The notes beneath the pieces were generated by a model. That model saw nothing but the letters and a program-made list of their open reading frames with translations. It was not told where the DNA came from and ran no database searches. DNA of 64,000 nt from Rhizodiscina lignyota (Eukaryota): assembly GCA_010015805.1 (NCBI GenBank), contig ML978139.1, positions 124,001-188,000 of the forward strand. The letters run 5' to 3'. Positions 12,802 through 24,038 of the stretch are shown here, piece by piece. The position numbers and the translations under genes are program-made. The stretch's first letter is position 1, and the number at the start of each line of letters is the position of its first letter.

Positions 12802-14517
12802 ATGGCTCTGTCTCTTAGCCGTTCAGGGACATCGTTGAGCGACACTGCTGTTTCAAATGGCCACGAGACTCCAACATCGTGGAGAAGAGGAGGCTCGCTC
12901 TCCCGGAGACGAAAAGTTAGCATTACAGAACTTGGGCCTGCTGGAGCGGCAACTGCGATGGCGACAGTGCAAGAAGCTGGCTTCGACTCTCGTAAGTAAA
13001 GTCGTCCCTCTCCCGAATCATATGTGTGCTGATCGGGTTCGTTGAAGCAACCATACCCGGAAGGCCTCCTCTTCGCCAGGTTTCATTCGATACCGATCAA
13101 CAATCTCCGCGGCTGTCAAACCATGAGCGCTCCATAAGTGCGCCGCAGAGTGCGGTGAATCAGTACTCAACTGGAGATTTTACCAACCCTCGAGCTCCTG
13201 TCCCGATTCCTCATCGCAAATATTCCATTGATAGTACACAACGGCCTCATATCGGATCCAAAGATGTACCAAAGACGAAAGGCCAGAATCTGAATGCTTC
13301 AAAATCGTTGTCACCCATCTTCAGTCCAGGTGCCCCTGGGTCCGGGAGGAAGGAGTCTGGTGCCACGCATGCCGTCATTCTCCTTGAAGATGATTTGCCG
13401 CAACCTCTGAAATTGAGCGGCCAAAAGCCTACTGCACACAGAGAAGCAGTTCCCACCGCGCAGAATATTCCCTTAAAAATCGACACAAGCGTCCAGCGCC
13501 AATGTAGTCCCCAAGAGTTCAAGCCCGAGGTTCCTCCAAAGACACCACCCTCCACCCACAAGACTCCCAAGACACCCAAGACGCCATCAAGACCTTGGCC
13601 AATTAAGCACTCAGCGTCCATGGGCAATCTTCGAGCACTTCCTGGACAGGTCTCCGTTCCAGCAGATGCTCTTCGACCGTCCGTTACGTCACCAGAGACA
13701 GCTTCGAATGCTCATTCCAGGAATGCATCCGATACTTCGATCCTTGAACGCGGTCGTCCATTCAAACGTTCCGGAAGCCGAAAGAAAAGCCCAAAGAAAA
13801 GTCCAGTATTGGATGCAGCGAGTCCAAGGTCTGATGATGGCAACTGGAGACTACCAAACGGCCTGCGTCCATGTGAAGCAGTTACAAAGCTTCCAGACTC
13901 GGAAAAGGAAGCTCTCCGAAAACAAGCAACAGGCCAGGCAGAACAGTTCGAAATTCTCGGCGCCCGCAATGTCGCCTCACTTTCAAGAGTATGGCCCTCT
14001 ATGCACTCGTGAGGTAATAGAAGTATTCACTAATGTACGACAGGAACTTCGAGCTCTGGATGAACGATGCGAGTACTTGAGAAGCACACATAAGTCTCTG
14101 CGAGCTGGACGCCTGAAGCTCCACAATCGAATGATTACCTACCTCAAGAGCGAATTGCAATTCTCTAAAGAGAGCTTGCTCAAGCAGGAGGAAGCGCTCA
14201 TCGAGCTGGATAAGTCTATCGACGATTGGATTCTGAAGCTTGAACAGGCTGAGAATCGAAGACTGCGTGTCCGCCAGAAACTCCTTGAGCATATCGCTGC
14301 TACGATGGCACTGAATCCTGTCGCCACGAGTCCTCAGAAAGCGCCTGTTGGACCTTCCACGCCTCCTGGTAGCCCCATCAAGTCTCGGCCACAATCGCCC
14401 TCGGCCCCTGTCAACAGACGCGACGTTGAATCGATCAAGATCTACGCCGACGGACAGGTACTGAGTCTCTTCTCCGATATCGAGCAGGCCGTCACAAAAA
14501 TGTGCGAGGCCTGCTAA
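12802..14517 (+). CDS. Uds1 (up-regulated during septation) domain protein
   Basis: Three exons (introns 12992-13047 and ~13989-14043). DSPTIPGRPP motif, Pro/Ser-rich middle, and coiled coil ELRALDERCEYLRSTHKSLRAGR..RRLRVRQKLLEHIAA. Confidence 0.8.
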
Positions 14518-16582
14518 AATCTGCAAGAGCAGGCACAAGTACCTGATACAGGTATCAGTGCCAAGGATGGAAAACTTGCAATGAAATTGACACATGCGCT
14601 TCCTGTCCATACATTAGCCTCATCGATGTTATGTTTTGCTTTGTTTAGCCGGCATTAATACAGGGCGTCAGAAAATTAGGTGGCTTGGCTCAGCGCCCGT
14701 TATCACTGCTTTTGCTTTGTATTTTGACGGCTTTCACATATTGACGAATTGACGAAGTAACGAGAAACGGCTGGCTGTTTTCTTTCCTTGTAGACTGTGG
14801 CTTTCGCGGAAGCATGTTCCGCTTGACGATCGAGTGTAGCGAAAAGTTAATGTATCATAGCAGGTGGAAGGTGTAATGCATAGACCCTGGCAAATGCAGT
14901 TGTTTCGAACAAGGTCTCAAATCCAGGTGGATATGTCCCATGGATGTTTCCGCCCTTCACTAGAAACCCGAAACTCTTGGCGAGTCGAACGATTCAGAGT
15001 CCACACGTGCAATATGCGATCCTTGTGAAATAAAAGCCATTCCCTGGCCTTAAATCGGAGAATTTGCTGTGTGTGCCTGCAGATGCAGCGGCGATTGCGC
15101 AGTTCTGACAATCCAATTTGGAAAAGAGAAAACTCTCCGACTGCACCCTTGTCTGCGGTAAAAGCGATCACATCCGCGAGGTAGGGGCGGACGAAGGATC
15201 ACTGACAGCTGTGGCGCGCGGCCTGGCGTTCGCGGCTGGAATCACTTCATCTCGAGAGCCTGGGAATGCGATGCCGGTGGAGTGAGACGCAGCCAAATGA
15301 GGATAAAAATGCCCACCTCCGTACACGATTCACGGCTCAACGCCAAAGAGGATGAACGACTCAAGCTGCATAAGCGATGTCTCACCGAAAGACTGAGCCG
15401 TGGAGAGCATTTCTCAGCTGAGGACGGAGGATTACACGAGAACGAAGGTCATCGATGCCATCGAGAAAATCCATCGGCTGCGGGTGATGAGCTGTGGCTG
15501 GATGATATTGTAAGGGGAGCCTGCAATGCCTAGAAGAAACCATGCCAAGCCCTACCAACCGGTAACTTCCGAGGGCAGAATAGACGAGTACGCCCTTATA
15601 CACTTATGTAAGGAAGCAGATCCTCGCCCTCGTTTCCTTTTTGAAGCAAACAGAAGTCTTCCGGATTTCAATCTACCTGATATGTATGGGACACATAATT
15701 CGAATGCACATGCAGTGGGAACTTGTCAGTGATGCAGAACTCTCCCTGTCGTCAATCATTGGCATTGCCAAATATTGAAGAGGATAATCCTTATTACGCC
15801 TTGGTTATGGTTTAGCTTCGCAGTATCACTGTGATTCTCGTGTGTCAAGAGCGCACAAGAAGGGGTGGCAAGGAGTTCTGCACATCAAACGAGTTCAAAA
15901 GAGTGCCCGAGGCGCTCACCCACGCTGCAGCAAAGTTTCGCGGGTTGATACGAGATGGTTGACCGCATGCAGAAAGCATATTTGCTTCTCACAAAAGAAC
16001 TGCGACTAGGAGTGGATGATCCCTCCATATCGTCTATCCACGTACTGTGGCATTTTTGCATTCGCTAACAGGATTCAGATGGCCTAGATGGAAGCAGTAC
16101 AAACTCCGAAAAGGCAACCGTGATACGAAATAACGCAGTTAAATCACCCACACAGCTCACCCATTCATACCCATGTCTCCTCAGTAACCAGCCCCTGGAC
16201 CTGCAATCCACAGCTTGAACATGAACTCTAGGATTTCACAAACCACGGCACGACTTCCCAGATTTTGTCCTCAGCTCCCACTCACGAAGCTTCGTCGTGG
16301 AATGAGTCTGCCATATTCGGAAGATCAGCAGGCCATTCATTGAGGGTAAGCCTAAACCGTGTGTGATCTGTTCCACTGCTTGACCGTTCGGCGCCGGCGT
16401 CGTTGACTCGTTATAAGAACTGGAGACTCGGATACTGGTGTGGAGCATAAATCGACCTCCTATACCATGTGTCCGACTCTCCGCGGTGCACTGATGCTAT
16501 AACACTCCTATTATAGGGACAGGTATATTTGACAGCACTAAGAAGCCGTGTTCTTCTCGAGTAACGGTTGTTTGATTCACAG

Positions 16583-17330
16583 TTAATTCAAAATTGGTAG
16601 TAGATGCGTTTCATCTTGCAGCATCCGAAATATCAGGAGTTTGGCGCACCTCATCTGCACAGCCGTCACCGGTTCCCATCAGTCCTCAGGGGGCGCCTCT
16701 GTTCCATGGACAAGTTCTTCGCCACCCTCCCCCTCTCCAATTTGACTTCGAATATTCGAAGAAGCTGTCTTCGGCAGCGGTTTATAAGATTTGGGATTGA
16801 GTATATTCTAATTCCCCCATGTGTAGTGCTACCGCAAATGAGTAATTCAATGATCCTAACTCCTACATCCGCCAGGAAAGTATTTAGCATAGGGCGAGCT
16901 CTACCTTTGTCCTCTTGGAAATTTTATCCGGCATTCAAACCCACAGTCTCATTCGGACGCACTTCCTCGAGAACTTTGCATGATTTATAGGGCGATCTCT
17001 TGTTCAATAGAATGGCATCAGATCAAATCTTATTATCCTCCTCATAGGTGCATCCTGCGACTTTACAATACCTATACTATGCAGCTGGTTGCTCTGCATA
17101 CCACGAAGATTGTCGTTACTACGTGAACGTCGATCCCACTCCCTCTACTCTCGCGAAAGACAACATCGAAGTATCAAGTTCGACCAAACTTGCTATTTGT
17201 CAGTTGTCGCAGCCAAATGGCACGTCCCGTCATTCCATACTCCAATGCTTTACACAATAGCGACAACGATCGCCTCCTTGAGGTCTCATCGATTGTAGCA
17301 TCTGCGGATGAACAGTTGGAGGTAATCTCC
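16583..17330 (+). pseudogene. Probable decayed HET (heterokaryon incompatibility) domain gene
   Basis: Collinear remnants interrupted by stops and frameshifts: LIQNW**..QHPKYQ, TLPLSNLTSNIRRS..RFGIEYILIPPCVV (cf. LPKTFRDA..RLGIRYLWIDSLCII), LFNRMASDQILLSSS*VH (cf. LFxRAWxLQERLLSPRVLH), DNDRLLEVSSI (cf. SDRLPALSGI). Confidence 0.5.
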
Positions 17331-17748
17331 CCTCCGGTGAGTGTCATGCGCTGTAATTGAAAGGCCCAATAGGATATTCGAGCGGTTGAAGGATGGGTTC
17401 CGGAATCAGATATGGGTGTGCTTCCCCGTTAACTCTCAACGGGTGGCTAGTAAATTGGCGAATGACACCGATATGAATGGGCAGGCTCGTCAGATCACAC
17501 ATTGTGCACAGTCCGCGAACGCTTTTGGCATGTCGCAACAGTTGAATGTGAAGAACTCAGGCAAGTTCTCAACTACAACAGCCCTATTATGCTTTAACAA
17601 ACAAAATGTTATTGATTACACATTAGGCTATTCTAGGGTATGAGAGCGTTAGCATTATCTAAGGGCCATCCAGTCATCGACAAGCTCGTTACAACTTTTC
17701 CAGTAATCCAGCGATATTGATGGAATGTCTGCCAGCTCTCATCCCCCT

Positions 17749-18822
17749 TCATGCCCACAAGTCGTCAGCCTTATCCACACTACCTCGGGTCCAACCGACA
17801 GGACTCCAGCTCCTTCGCCTTGCGAACCTTCTCCACGACAGTCTCCGAGCCGAAATAATGATCGTAAACGCCGCTGCAATCCCCACCATCAGTGCAAAAT
17901 ATCCGTAATGCTTCCCGAGAAGGACAATGGCAGCAGCGTCCCAACCATGCAAACTGCTGGCACCAGCATGCGAGAATAAAGGCGTTGTCACGGCTCCGCG
18001 GAGCATGTGCGGGTCCATATTACCCTCCTGATCCGCTAGAATGTAAATCCTATCTTCCATCGGCACAGGCTGCGTTCTCGCCAATGACCGTGCATAGTTC
18101 ATCCATCGATTCGAAAAGAACATGCATCCCGTGCTCAGCATGTTCTCGACATACGGCATGCCCCACAGCAAATCCCTGCTCTTCACTTTTGCCAAAAGAT
18201 GCTCTAAGAGTCTATGGTCCGGCTTGGCAAGGATGAATGCATTGTTGACACCGGCGGGATACGCACCGGGGGTAAGCCACGGCAAGGTTCGAAGATCATC
18301 CAGAGGCTGCAAGTAGGTGACATCGATATCCAAGTATACGCCGCCAAAATGATGGAGCAGTGCATAGCGCAGGACGTTGACGCGCTGGATGCTCTGCTTG
18401 TACCCCTTGTAGTGCGGGAATATCTCAGGGTAGTGCTGGTTCATAAACGTCGTGGCCATGGCATCGGTCCAAAGGTGATGCGTCCAATTTGGATGAAGGT
18501 CTTGGCAGCTGGCTATCGCGGATTCATATTTAAACAATGAGGACCAATTGCGACCTTCGGTGAGGAAGATGTGATGGAGAATTGGAGGGACATAGTTCTG
18601 TTGCTGATCTCGCTGAGACTGGTCTTCATGAGCGGGTTTCGCATATCGGTATAGTGCCTCAGGATGTCGTTCTAGGTAAGGGTAGAATGTTGAGTACGTT
18701 TCTGCGACTTCTGCCAAGTCACGTAGGTGGTGCCGGAGAAGTACGATGAAGGTAAGAAGTGCGGCTGTAAATAGTGCGACACCATGCCGTAGATGTATGT
18801 TTTGGCCTCGAGGTAAGAGTAT
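17749..18822 (-). CDS. Glycosyltransferase family 32 (SUR1/CSH1-like, DXD); start codon uncertain, possibly pseudogenising
   Basis: VPPILHHIF, HPNWTHHLWTD, IQRVNVLRYALLHHFGGVYLDID, GVNNAFI, STGCMF, with N- and C-terminal hydrophobic helices. The open frame extends upstream past ATA at 18822 to a TGA, with no in-frame ATG before the catalytic domain. Confidence 0.8.
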   Translation of the reverse strand: MLLPRGQNIHLRHGVALFTAALLTFIVLLRHHLRDLAEVAETYSTFYPYLERHPEALYRYAKPAHEDQSQRDQQQNYVPPILHHIFLTEGRNWSSLFKYESAIASCQDLHPNWTHHLWTDAMATTFMNQHYPEIFPHYKGYKQSIQRVNVLRYALLHHFGGVYLDIDVTYLQPLDDLRTLPWLTPGAYPAGVNNAFILAKPDHRLLEHLLAKVKSRDLLWGMPYVENMLSTGCMFFSNRWMNYARSLARTQPVPMEDRIYILADQEGNMDPHMLRGAVTTPLFSHAGASSLHGWDAAAIVLLGKHYGYFALMVGIAAAFTIIISARRLSWRRFARRRSWSPVGWTRGSVDKADDLWA

Positions 18823-19518
18823 GATTCGGAGAATTACTCACTCCCAAGACTAGGAACTTCCTTTCCACTTAGGATACGACAGTTGGTTCGACGGAGAGAC
18901 ATTCTTGTGGATTGAAGCCAAGCAAAAATAAGAACTGATACTTATCACTCCACTTGTCTCCGGAGGCAAGAGCGTAGCTACGCTCGCTACGAATGTCCGC
19001 GACTTCCTCTACTCGCTGGTTTACTCATTCGTTCTGTGCTGTTAGCTATACATATGACGTTAGTGTAACATGCAGTTCATTGGTTGCGATAGTCATGAGT
19101 TCCAAGATTGAGGCTCTCTCGGAACGTAGCGGAAAACACAAATTCCTCACGAGCCACAGCGGGCCGTGCTCATTGGATGTTGGCCCAAGCATCATCAAAA
19201 ACGTGTCTTCACCAGTATGATAAGTGTCCGAGTCAAAAGTGGTTGTTAATTGCATCCTATTGTGGCGGCGGAAAGTGTGTTGGCAGAAAAGTGCCGCCTG
19301 TACAAAGTAAGACAAGCCCAATCGCCTGTGAAGATGTAAATGCCTCAATCAGGTTAGCTTAAGCCTTGTACAACCCGCATTTCGTCACTACTTTTATCCG
19401 AATCAACCAATCGATATCCGGCCCTCGTCACGTCGTGTTTGCTGGACGAAAGAAAAAGTTATGAAGCTTTTCAATATGATTTCGACAACAACAACAACCT
19501 CTCTTTATCGCTATACAA

Positions 19519-20642
19519 ATGGCAACAAATTCAATCAAACTTCTCACTGGCAACAGCCACCCAACACTCGCAAAATTGGTCTCTGATAGGTACTTCTTCC
19601 TATTGCAACGCTAGATGCACCCCTCCACTGACCAACGACCAGACTGGGTATCGAATTGACCAAGATATTGGTTCTGCAATATTCAAATAATGAGACTTCG
19701 GTGACTATTGGAGAGTCTGTGCGCGACGAAGATGGTAGGCAGATAAAGGGCTGTGGATGACTGAGGTAAAGGCTGATCGTGAGTAGTCTTTATCATCCAG
19801 ACCACTGCTCCCGGCGAGATCAACGATGGCCTCATGGAGCTCCTCATTATGATCAATGCGTGCAAGACTGCGTCCGCGCGCCGCATTACCGCCGTCATTC
19901 CCAACTTCCCCTACGCGCGACAAGACAAGAAGGACAAGTCAAGAGCGCCCATAACTGCAAAGTTGATGGCAAACATGCTGCAAACGGCGGGCTGCAACCA
20001 TGTTATTACAATGGACCTGCACGCCAGTCAGATTCAGGGCTTCTTCAATGTACCAGTGGACAACTTGTATGCGGAGCCAAGTACCCTGAGGTGGATCAGG
20101 GAGCATCTCCCCGTACAAGACTGCGTCATTGTTAGCCCGGACGCTGGAGGCGCAAAGAGGGCAACTTCAATTGCCGACGGACTCGATCTTGGGTTCGCCC
20201 TCATTCACAAAGAGCGCGCACGGCCGAACGAAGTCTCTCGCATGGTCCTTGTTGGCGACGTCAAAGACAAGATTGCAATCATCGTGGATGACATGGCCGA
20301 CACTTGTGGTACACTGGTCAAAGCGGCGGATGTTGTGATGCAACACGGCGCGAAAGAAGCACTCGCCATTGTGACTCACGGTATACTGAGCGGCAATGCT
20401 ATCAATGCTCTGAATGGCAGCAAGCTCAAAAAAGTGATTGTGACCAACACCGTACCACATGAAAAGAAGAAGGAAGAATGTCCCAGGTTGGAGACGATTG
20501 ATATCAGCCCGACGGTCAGTATTGCCAGAGCTCAGATAATTGCCAATCGCTGATAAGTTTGCAACAGCTGGCAGAGGCATGTCGTAGAACACACAATGGC
20601 GAGAGCGTCTCCTTCTTGTTCAAGCATGCTCCGGTGGACTGA
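19519..20642 (+). CDS. PRS: Ribose-phosphate pyrophosphokinase (PRPP synthetase, PRS2/4-like)
   Basis: [86 protein letters not shown]. Three introns. Confidence 0.97.
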
Positions 20643-20897
20643 GGTATCTTACATGACATGAAGTTCGTTTTCTTGGCATCATAGCGACCTATAGGGCGTT
20701 CAAGTGGATTTGAAAGGCGCATCGATTAGCGAGTCCACGTCTCAAACGAATTCATTTTTGAGCTGTGTATACAAAGATGAAACGGCCCATGGCCATTTGC
20801 AATGCATTCCGACGCAACACCTCGAAAGTCTGTAGAAACCCATGATGCCATGAAGCATAATGCTGTGCTCCTCAAAAGTCAAACGTTGTAACGGTTT

Positions 20898-21748
20898 TTA
20901 ACCGTGGGACTTCCTCATCGACGACGCCCTGCGCTTCCTGGCCTCATCGTGCTTGGCCTTCTCCTCGCCAATGCGCTTGTGGAGGATTTGAGCATAGTCA
21001 GCCTTACGCGTGTTAGCAGAACCGCTCCATCGTGCACGAGGTATGATTTGACTTACGGCAGCTTCCTTGGCCATTTCCGACCTACGCCTCTTGAGTGCGA
21101 TCCTGTGACGCTTGTGCTGCAGACGCTGAGCAGTGACGAGACGTTGGATCTTGGGCGCCTTGGAGTATTTCTGGGCGCCCTCCTTCTTTGGCTCAACGTC
21201 ACGGCGGATGACGAACTTGCGGACCTGCGAAAACAATTCATCAGACTCGACCCTCATGTAGGACCGGCGAAGATCAATGAGGGGATACCCACATCGTCTC
21301 CCTTGCTGAGATTGAAGAACCTCCTAATCTTTGTAGCACGCTTCGGACCCAGCCTCTTCGGGAGCAGAGTGTCGGTCAGACCCGGGATATCCTGATCGCC
21401 CTGCTTGACAATGCTGAGAGCCAGAACAGCAAGGTCCATGCCCACGATGCAACCGCGCACACTCTTCCTCTTGCGCTCGCCAGTACGTCGAGGTCGGTAG
21501 CAGGAGTGGCCGGCGGAGAGGAGGAGTGAGACACGAGTAGGATGCATGACACCCTGCTTCATCGGGAAGCCCTGCTTGTCGTTGCCGCCGGTGATTCTGA
21601 AGATGTAGCCCTTGAACTCGTCGCCAACGCTGTCGCCAGGAACCTCATGACCCATACGGCGGTCCATGAAGACGCGCAGCTTGCGGTCATCTTCGATTTC
21701 GATCAGCTTCTGCGAGCCATTCGCAGGGTAGGAGATGTTGAGCTTCAT
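20898..21748 (-). CDS. RPS6: 40S ribosomal protein S6 (eS6)
   Basis: [59 protein letters not shown], and the RRASS phosphosite. Two introns. Confidence 0.98.
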
Positions 21749-21887
21749 CTTGACGGCGAATTGTCAAGATTGTCGAAGCTGAGGTGGGTTTGCACGCTGC
21801 GACTGATGTTTTTGCAGACGGGGAGGATCAAAATTCGCTTCGCTCTAGTGCACCCGGAACGGAACAAGTTTTGGACGCGGCATTGTC

Positions 21888-21895
21888 CACGTGAC
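21888..21895 (-). promoter_or_regulatory. GTCACGTG E-box (Cbf1-like bHLH site) upstream of RPS6
   Basis: CACGTGAC on +, about 140 bp upstream of the RPS6 ATG. Confidence 0.35.
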
Positions 21896-22532
21896 CCTGT
21901 ACTCTATTCTATGCCGCTCGGGCCACACCGGCGGCCGCATTCTTATGGTTCGAAGTCATCCACATGTATCCTCGAAACATGCCATCAATTTAGTCGTCTT
22001 TAATATGGAATAACTTTCGGATTATTCCGATATCAAGCGTGCTCTTCTATCTATCGCCATTGAAGCTTTGTTAGAAGTTCTTACTAAACCTGATACCGTG
22101 CCCAATGGACACCCTTGTTCGGAAGCTTGCAGTGTCTCCTTATTAACCACCACACGTACCTGTTCACCGAACAATGAGAACTGCGGCCGGCTTCTCGAAC
22201 CAGACATGCTATGGCCTCGATCATCCGGAAACCAACACCCTCTGACTAATAATTTACTTAACCTCTCCACATGAATGAGCGGCGGAAGGAAGGTACCCCG
22301 GCTTATTCGTCTGTGTTAGAGGCTTTCTTGACGAGTGGTGCAGTGGCAGGCGGGCGTCATGCGGGATGCGGACGGCATTTGAAGATCTCTAATTGTGGCT
22401 TGAACTATCTGAATGCTACTGTAACTTATAATAGCTATGAGTTCTTGCTACAGGCTTAGTCCTTGTGACCTTTTCCACTCTACCTTCCCTTTGAACTGTT
22501 CAATCTCACTCAACTCTCTATTCTCCTCAAAT

Positions 22533-23462
22533 ATGGATCTTTATATCAGTGATATTCTCTACCCTCAACAGCCGGCTCCCCCACGAGTTCGTACCAAGCC
22601 TATGCAGATATTGTGCGTGGGGCCCCCTCGAAGTGGAACCGAATCGCTCGCGACTGCGCTTCGACTTCTTGGGTATGAGGTCTATCATGGGTGGGATTTG
22701 ATCTTTGAACAGCCTTCACGCATACGGCAGTGGACTCTTCTAGCACGGCAAAAATTCTCGGCATCGTCTCCGGTCAAAGGTGACAGCAAAATCACCACGG
22801 CCCAATTCGACGAACTCATGGGACACGCCGAAGCTGTTGTCGACTCGGCCGCGTGGACCTTTGCTGCGGAATTGATTGAAGCGTATCCGGATGCGAAGGT
22901 GATTCTAAACACGAGGCACGATCAGGATGCCTGGCATAGCAGTATACAGAAAGTATTCCTCCCCATATGCAAAAGCTGGCCACTCTGGTTTCTGTCACGT
23001 TTGGATCCTTACCACTTCTGGTTGCGTACGTTCTACGTCCGCTGGACGTGGCCTATGTTATTTCGCTCAGAGGGAGACAATCCTGCAAGTGGCATTGAAA
23101 ATTGTGGGAAGTGGGTCTATCGAGAGCACTGTGCGATGGTGAAGGGCCTGCTAGCCAGCCGGGGAGAGCAGGGCCGGCTATTGGAATGGGACCTTGGTGA
23201 TGGTTGGCAACCGCTTTGTGAATTTTTGGGGAGAGATGTTCCGAATGAATCCTTCCCCCGTACCAACAGTGCAGGCGACTTTGGTGAAAGAGAAAGGAGG
23301 ATCGTAAAGCACTCGATGATGGTGGCCGCGAGAAACGGAGCGATTGTGATTGCCGTAGTGGCACTCATTGTCGCAGGCTTCAGGAACCGACAGAGCAATG
23401 TCATCACCTCAATTGCGGAATCTACAACTCTATGGATTCAAGGTCTATTGAGAAGATCCTGA
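22533..23462 (+). CDS. P-loop sulfotransferase-like protein (fungal Sulfotransfer_4-type family) with C-terminal TM helix
   Basis: Intronless. MQILCVGPPRSGTESLATAL, ELIEAYPDAKVILNTR, DGWQPLCEFLGRDVPNESFPRTN. Confidence 0.85.
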   Translation: MDLYISDILYPQQPAPPRVRTKPMQILCVGPPRSGTESLATALRLLGYEVYHGWDLIFEQPSRIRQWTLLARQKFSASSPVKGDSKITTAQFDELMGHAEAVVDSAAWTFAAELIEAYPDAKVILNTRHDQDAWHSSIQKVFLPICKSWPLWFLSRLDPYHFWLRTFYVRWTWPMLFRSEGDNPASGIENCGKWVYREHCAMVKGLLASRGEQGRLLEWDLGDGWQPLCEFLGRDVPNESFPRTNSAGDFGERERRIVKHSMMVAARNGAIVIAVVALIVAGFRNRQSNVITSIAESTTLWIQGLLRRS

Positions 23463-24038
23463 GCCGTGTACGGAGTACCAGTCCACTATCCATGTGCTAG
23501 AGAGACATGTTCTAATGCGGTGTACTGCTAAAGGGCATGAAGTATTGTAGAAAGCTTGGAAATTCATAAGACCTAAAACAGTCCTGAAATATATGGCAAT
23601 TTTTTTAATATCTACTCTATGGAGCCTCTTGGTCGCGCGATTGGTGTGCCTGAAGGTGAACAACGGCAAGTCCCGAATCACATCCCCAGATTTGCGACGA
23701 TGACCAGGGCACAAGGGGCAATGTGATGCCCATAGCGCAACAACGGCTCTCCCAGCCCTTCAAATTGCTAGACGAGATGAACTGAAGTCTTCCGAAGAAA
23801 TTACTGCCTCTCCTTTCTTCATCTGAAAGCCCGCACTTCTTTCGTACACTCGTTGATTGCTTCTTAGCTTTGTTTGTTTACATTCATACTCTCGACCGCG
23901 CATTCCCTTGGCCTTATCATCACGCTAGCAATCCTGCTCTCCTTTTGATCGCCCCAACGCACGGCAATTGCAATGCATCAGTGAGATGCTCTCCATGATC
24001 TCAAGCTGCCGCGACCGCTTTTCGCTGCGCGAGGAGAA

